NCBI GenBank assembly: GCA_002104905.1
Contig: MCFE01000238.1
Coordinates: 1-64,000, forward strand
Length of the DNA stretch: 64,000 bases
Source of the DNA: Basidiobolus meristosporus CBS 931.73
Taxonomy: Eukaryota; Fungi; Basidiobolomycota
Direction: 5' to 3'
The position numbers were made by a program, and so were the translations under genes. The notes under the pieces are model-generated. The model had not been told where the DNA came from. It made no database searches and worked only from the letters and a program-made list of their open reading frames with translations. This document shows positions 62,218 through 64,000 of this stretch, piece after piece. The first letter of the stretch is position 1. Each line of letters starts with the position of its first letter.

Positions 62218-63153
62218 TTAGAAGAATCCATGATGATGGTGATGATGATGGTGGTGGGGGTGTCCGAAAGGTCCATAAAAACCTGAATATCCATATCGAC
62301 CATAATGATGATGCCGACCCCGACCCATTCCTAGCAATTCGCCGGCAGCTAGGCCTATTGCAAGTCCACCCAAACCACCACCGGCTATAGAGGTCATGTT
62401 ACTTTTAGATGGTGCACTGGTGGACAGGTTTGTGGTAGGTTGCATAGTAGGTGGTGGCAAGTAGTAGTTTGATTGATTGGGCAGACTTCCATATGTTGTC
62501 GAGGGAACAGAACCACTGCCTGTGCCGAGGTATCTACTACCAGCTGCAGGATTCAAATCCATTTGGTTTGTATTACCAACCAAATCTAAATATGAGCTAG
62601 CGGTACCTTGAGGCTCAGTTACTTTTTGCGAAGAATAGCGTTGGGAAGATTGAGAAGTGGCTTCGTAGGGAGGCTCATTGATACGCGGTGTATTAAAAGG
62701 GTTGTTTGAATTCATGGGTGGATAAGCACTTTGACTAGGTTGAGCTGACGCGTTCGAGGAATTCTCGAAAACACCCGGGTTTTCCAGGCTCATGCTGCTT
62801 TGTGAGGCGTACGCAATGCAATCACTTGGTGAAGGCATCACAATTCTAGGGTTCTCATCAGAATATCCGTGACCAGGAATAGGTATAGGCATTGTAGTGC
62901 TTTTTGTAGAATCTTGCTCTAAATCTGGGAAAACAAGACGTGGATCTTCCCAGGTTACCGTTCCGGAAGACGTTTCTGTAGTGACTGTTAATTTGAGATC
63001 AAGGAAATTGAGTTATGTTTACTTACCTATGAAGTACGTTTTACCCGAAAGTTGGTCAGTTTGAGCAGTCCTTAATATGAGGTTTGATGTTAGAGGGAGC
63101 CGAGAAATATAGTACAATAGAAATTACCATCCATAAGGCAAAGGTGAGTCCAT
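62218..63153 (-). CDS. WW-domain, Pro/Gly-rich protein with a C-terminal poly-His tract (Wwm1-like), 3 exons, about 275 aa
   Basis: Exons 63153-63128, 63070-63027 and 62975-62218 (GT-AG, frame-consistent, 828 nt) give MDSPLPYGWTAQTDQLSGKTYFIETSSGTVTWEDPR; C-terminus GGGLGGLAIGLAAG...HPHHHHHHHHHGFF. Confidence 0.85.
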
Positions 63154-64000
63154 GATAAGATGATACTTTGATGAAAACAAATATAAAGATTTCTACAGCA
63201 ATGAGGTGGGACGAATTTATATATTGATATCACTTGGCTCTAATAATTGATATCATTATTATACGTTATTGGCGAACTATATAGGTGCTAAATATTTGAA
63301 TCAAAGCTTGTCTTCAAAACTGGAAAGATAAATGCAAATTAATATGTCAAGGTCTTGACTTTGGCAAGTCATAATGTAGACGATACGTGAGGTATATTAC
63401 CAATTGCAGAAAGTCACACTAAATAACCGTTGAGCCATGTGTAAAAATTGGCTTAAATGTCATGAAAAATTCAGGAGCTTTCCAACTATACTGCGCACAA
63501 TTTAATATTATCAATACAATAGTCAAAATAGACAGTCCTGCTGAGCCAAGAGTCAGATGATGCTTACGAAGTTTCCTTGTCCATTCATGCGAACAATATC
63601 TAAGTTCCTTTACATTGTTCAGATTAGACATTGCTGCCAAGATCGCCTTGTGCCAATAGCTTGACTTTAACGCTGATCATATGAATGCTGCGTATTCAAT
63701 TAACAATTTCATTTTTTCAGCTGTTGTTAAGGGTAACATCTTCACCACGGAGCTACTGAAGTAACTGGTTCATACCAATTATACTATGCGTATGTATAGA
63801 CATTTGGACATTAACACACTTGTTGATACTAACGTGCTACTGATAATCAGAGTTTTCCACTCTGGCTAGTTTAACTTCTGAACGATTTAGAAAAACAACA
63901 TAATATCCGTCAAAACTAGTGAACACCACTAAGCATCAATATTCTCTAGAACCAGATCTTCATCGTATTTCGAAACAGATCGTTTAGCTGTTTTCTAGAG

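Noticed and set aside
63419-63640. 73-aa hydrophobic minus-strand ORF near the window end
   Set aside because: Bounded by stops upstream, with no recognisable domain or splice path; cannot be supported.

Overview
Eukaryotic window, most likely from an early-diverging (non-Dikarya) fungus; this is inferred from short GT-AG introns and a gene set with TRAF7-like, PRL-phosphatase and PHD-bearing KDM4 genes. It has two sharply different halves. (1) About 1-40.1 kb is a CpG-depleted graveyard of nested transposons. It holds three or more decayed CACTA/En-Spm (Tnp2) copies, a Ty3/Gypsy family with 4-bp TSDs, two Ty1/Copia families (one young gag-only deletion derivative with near-identical LTRs), solo LTRs, and a two-ORF PIF/Harbinger-superfamily (PHIS, Pangu-like) DNA transposon. 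The best copy of that transposon (29982-33393) has TIRs, an ATT TSD and an empty paralogous site. Its transposase is dead and CpG-stripped, but its 361-aa orphan ORF is open and CpG-rich. (2) About 40.1-64 kb is gene-rich with normal CpG content: a C2H2 zinc-finger TF, an ArsB/Lsi2-like transporter, a RING-TRAF-WD40 (TRAF7-like) E3 ligase, a disrupted CCT2 chaperonin gene, a plasma-membrane syntaxin, an F-box protein, a KDM4-like JmjC demethylase, a PRL phosphatase lacking CaaX, and a spliced WW-domain/poly-His protein. No rRNA, tRNA or CRISPR array was found. All alignments and counts were done by eye, and boundaries of degenerate fragments are approximate.
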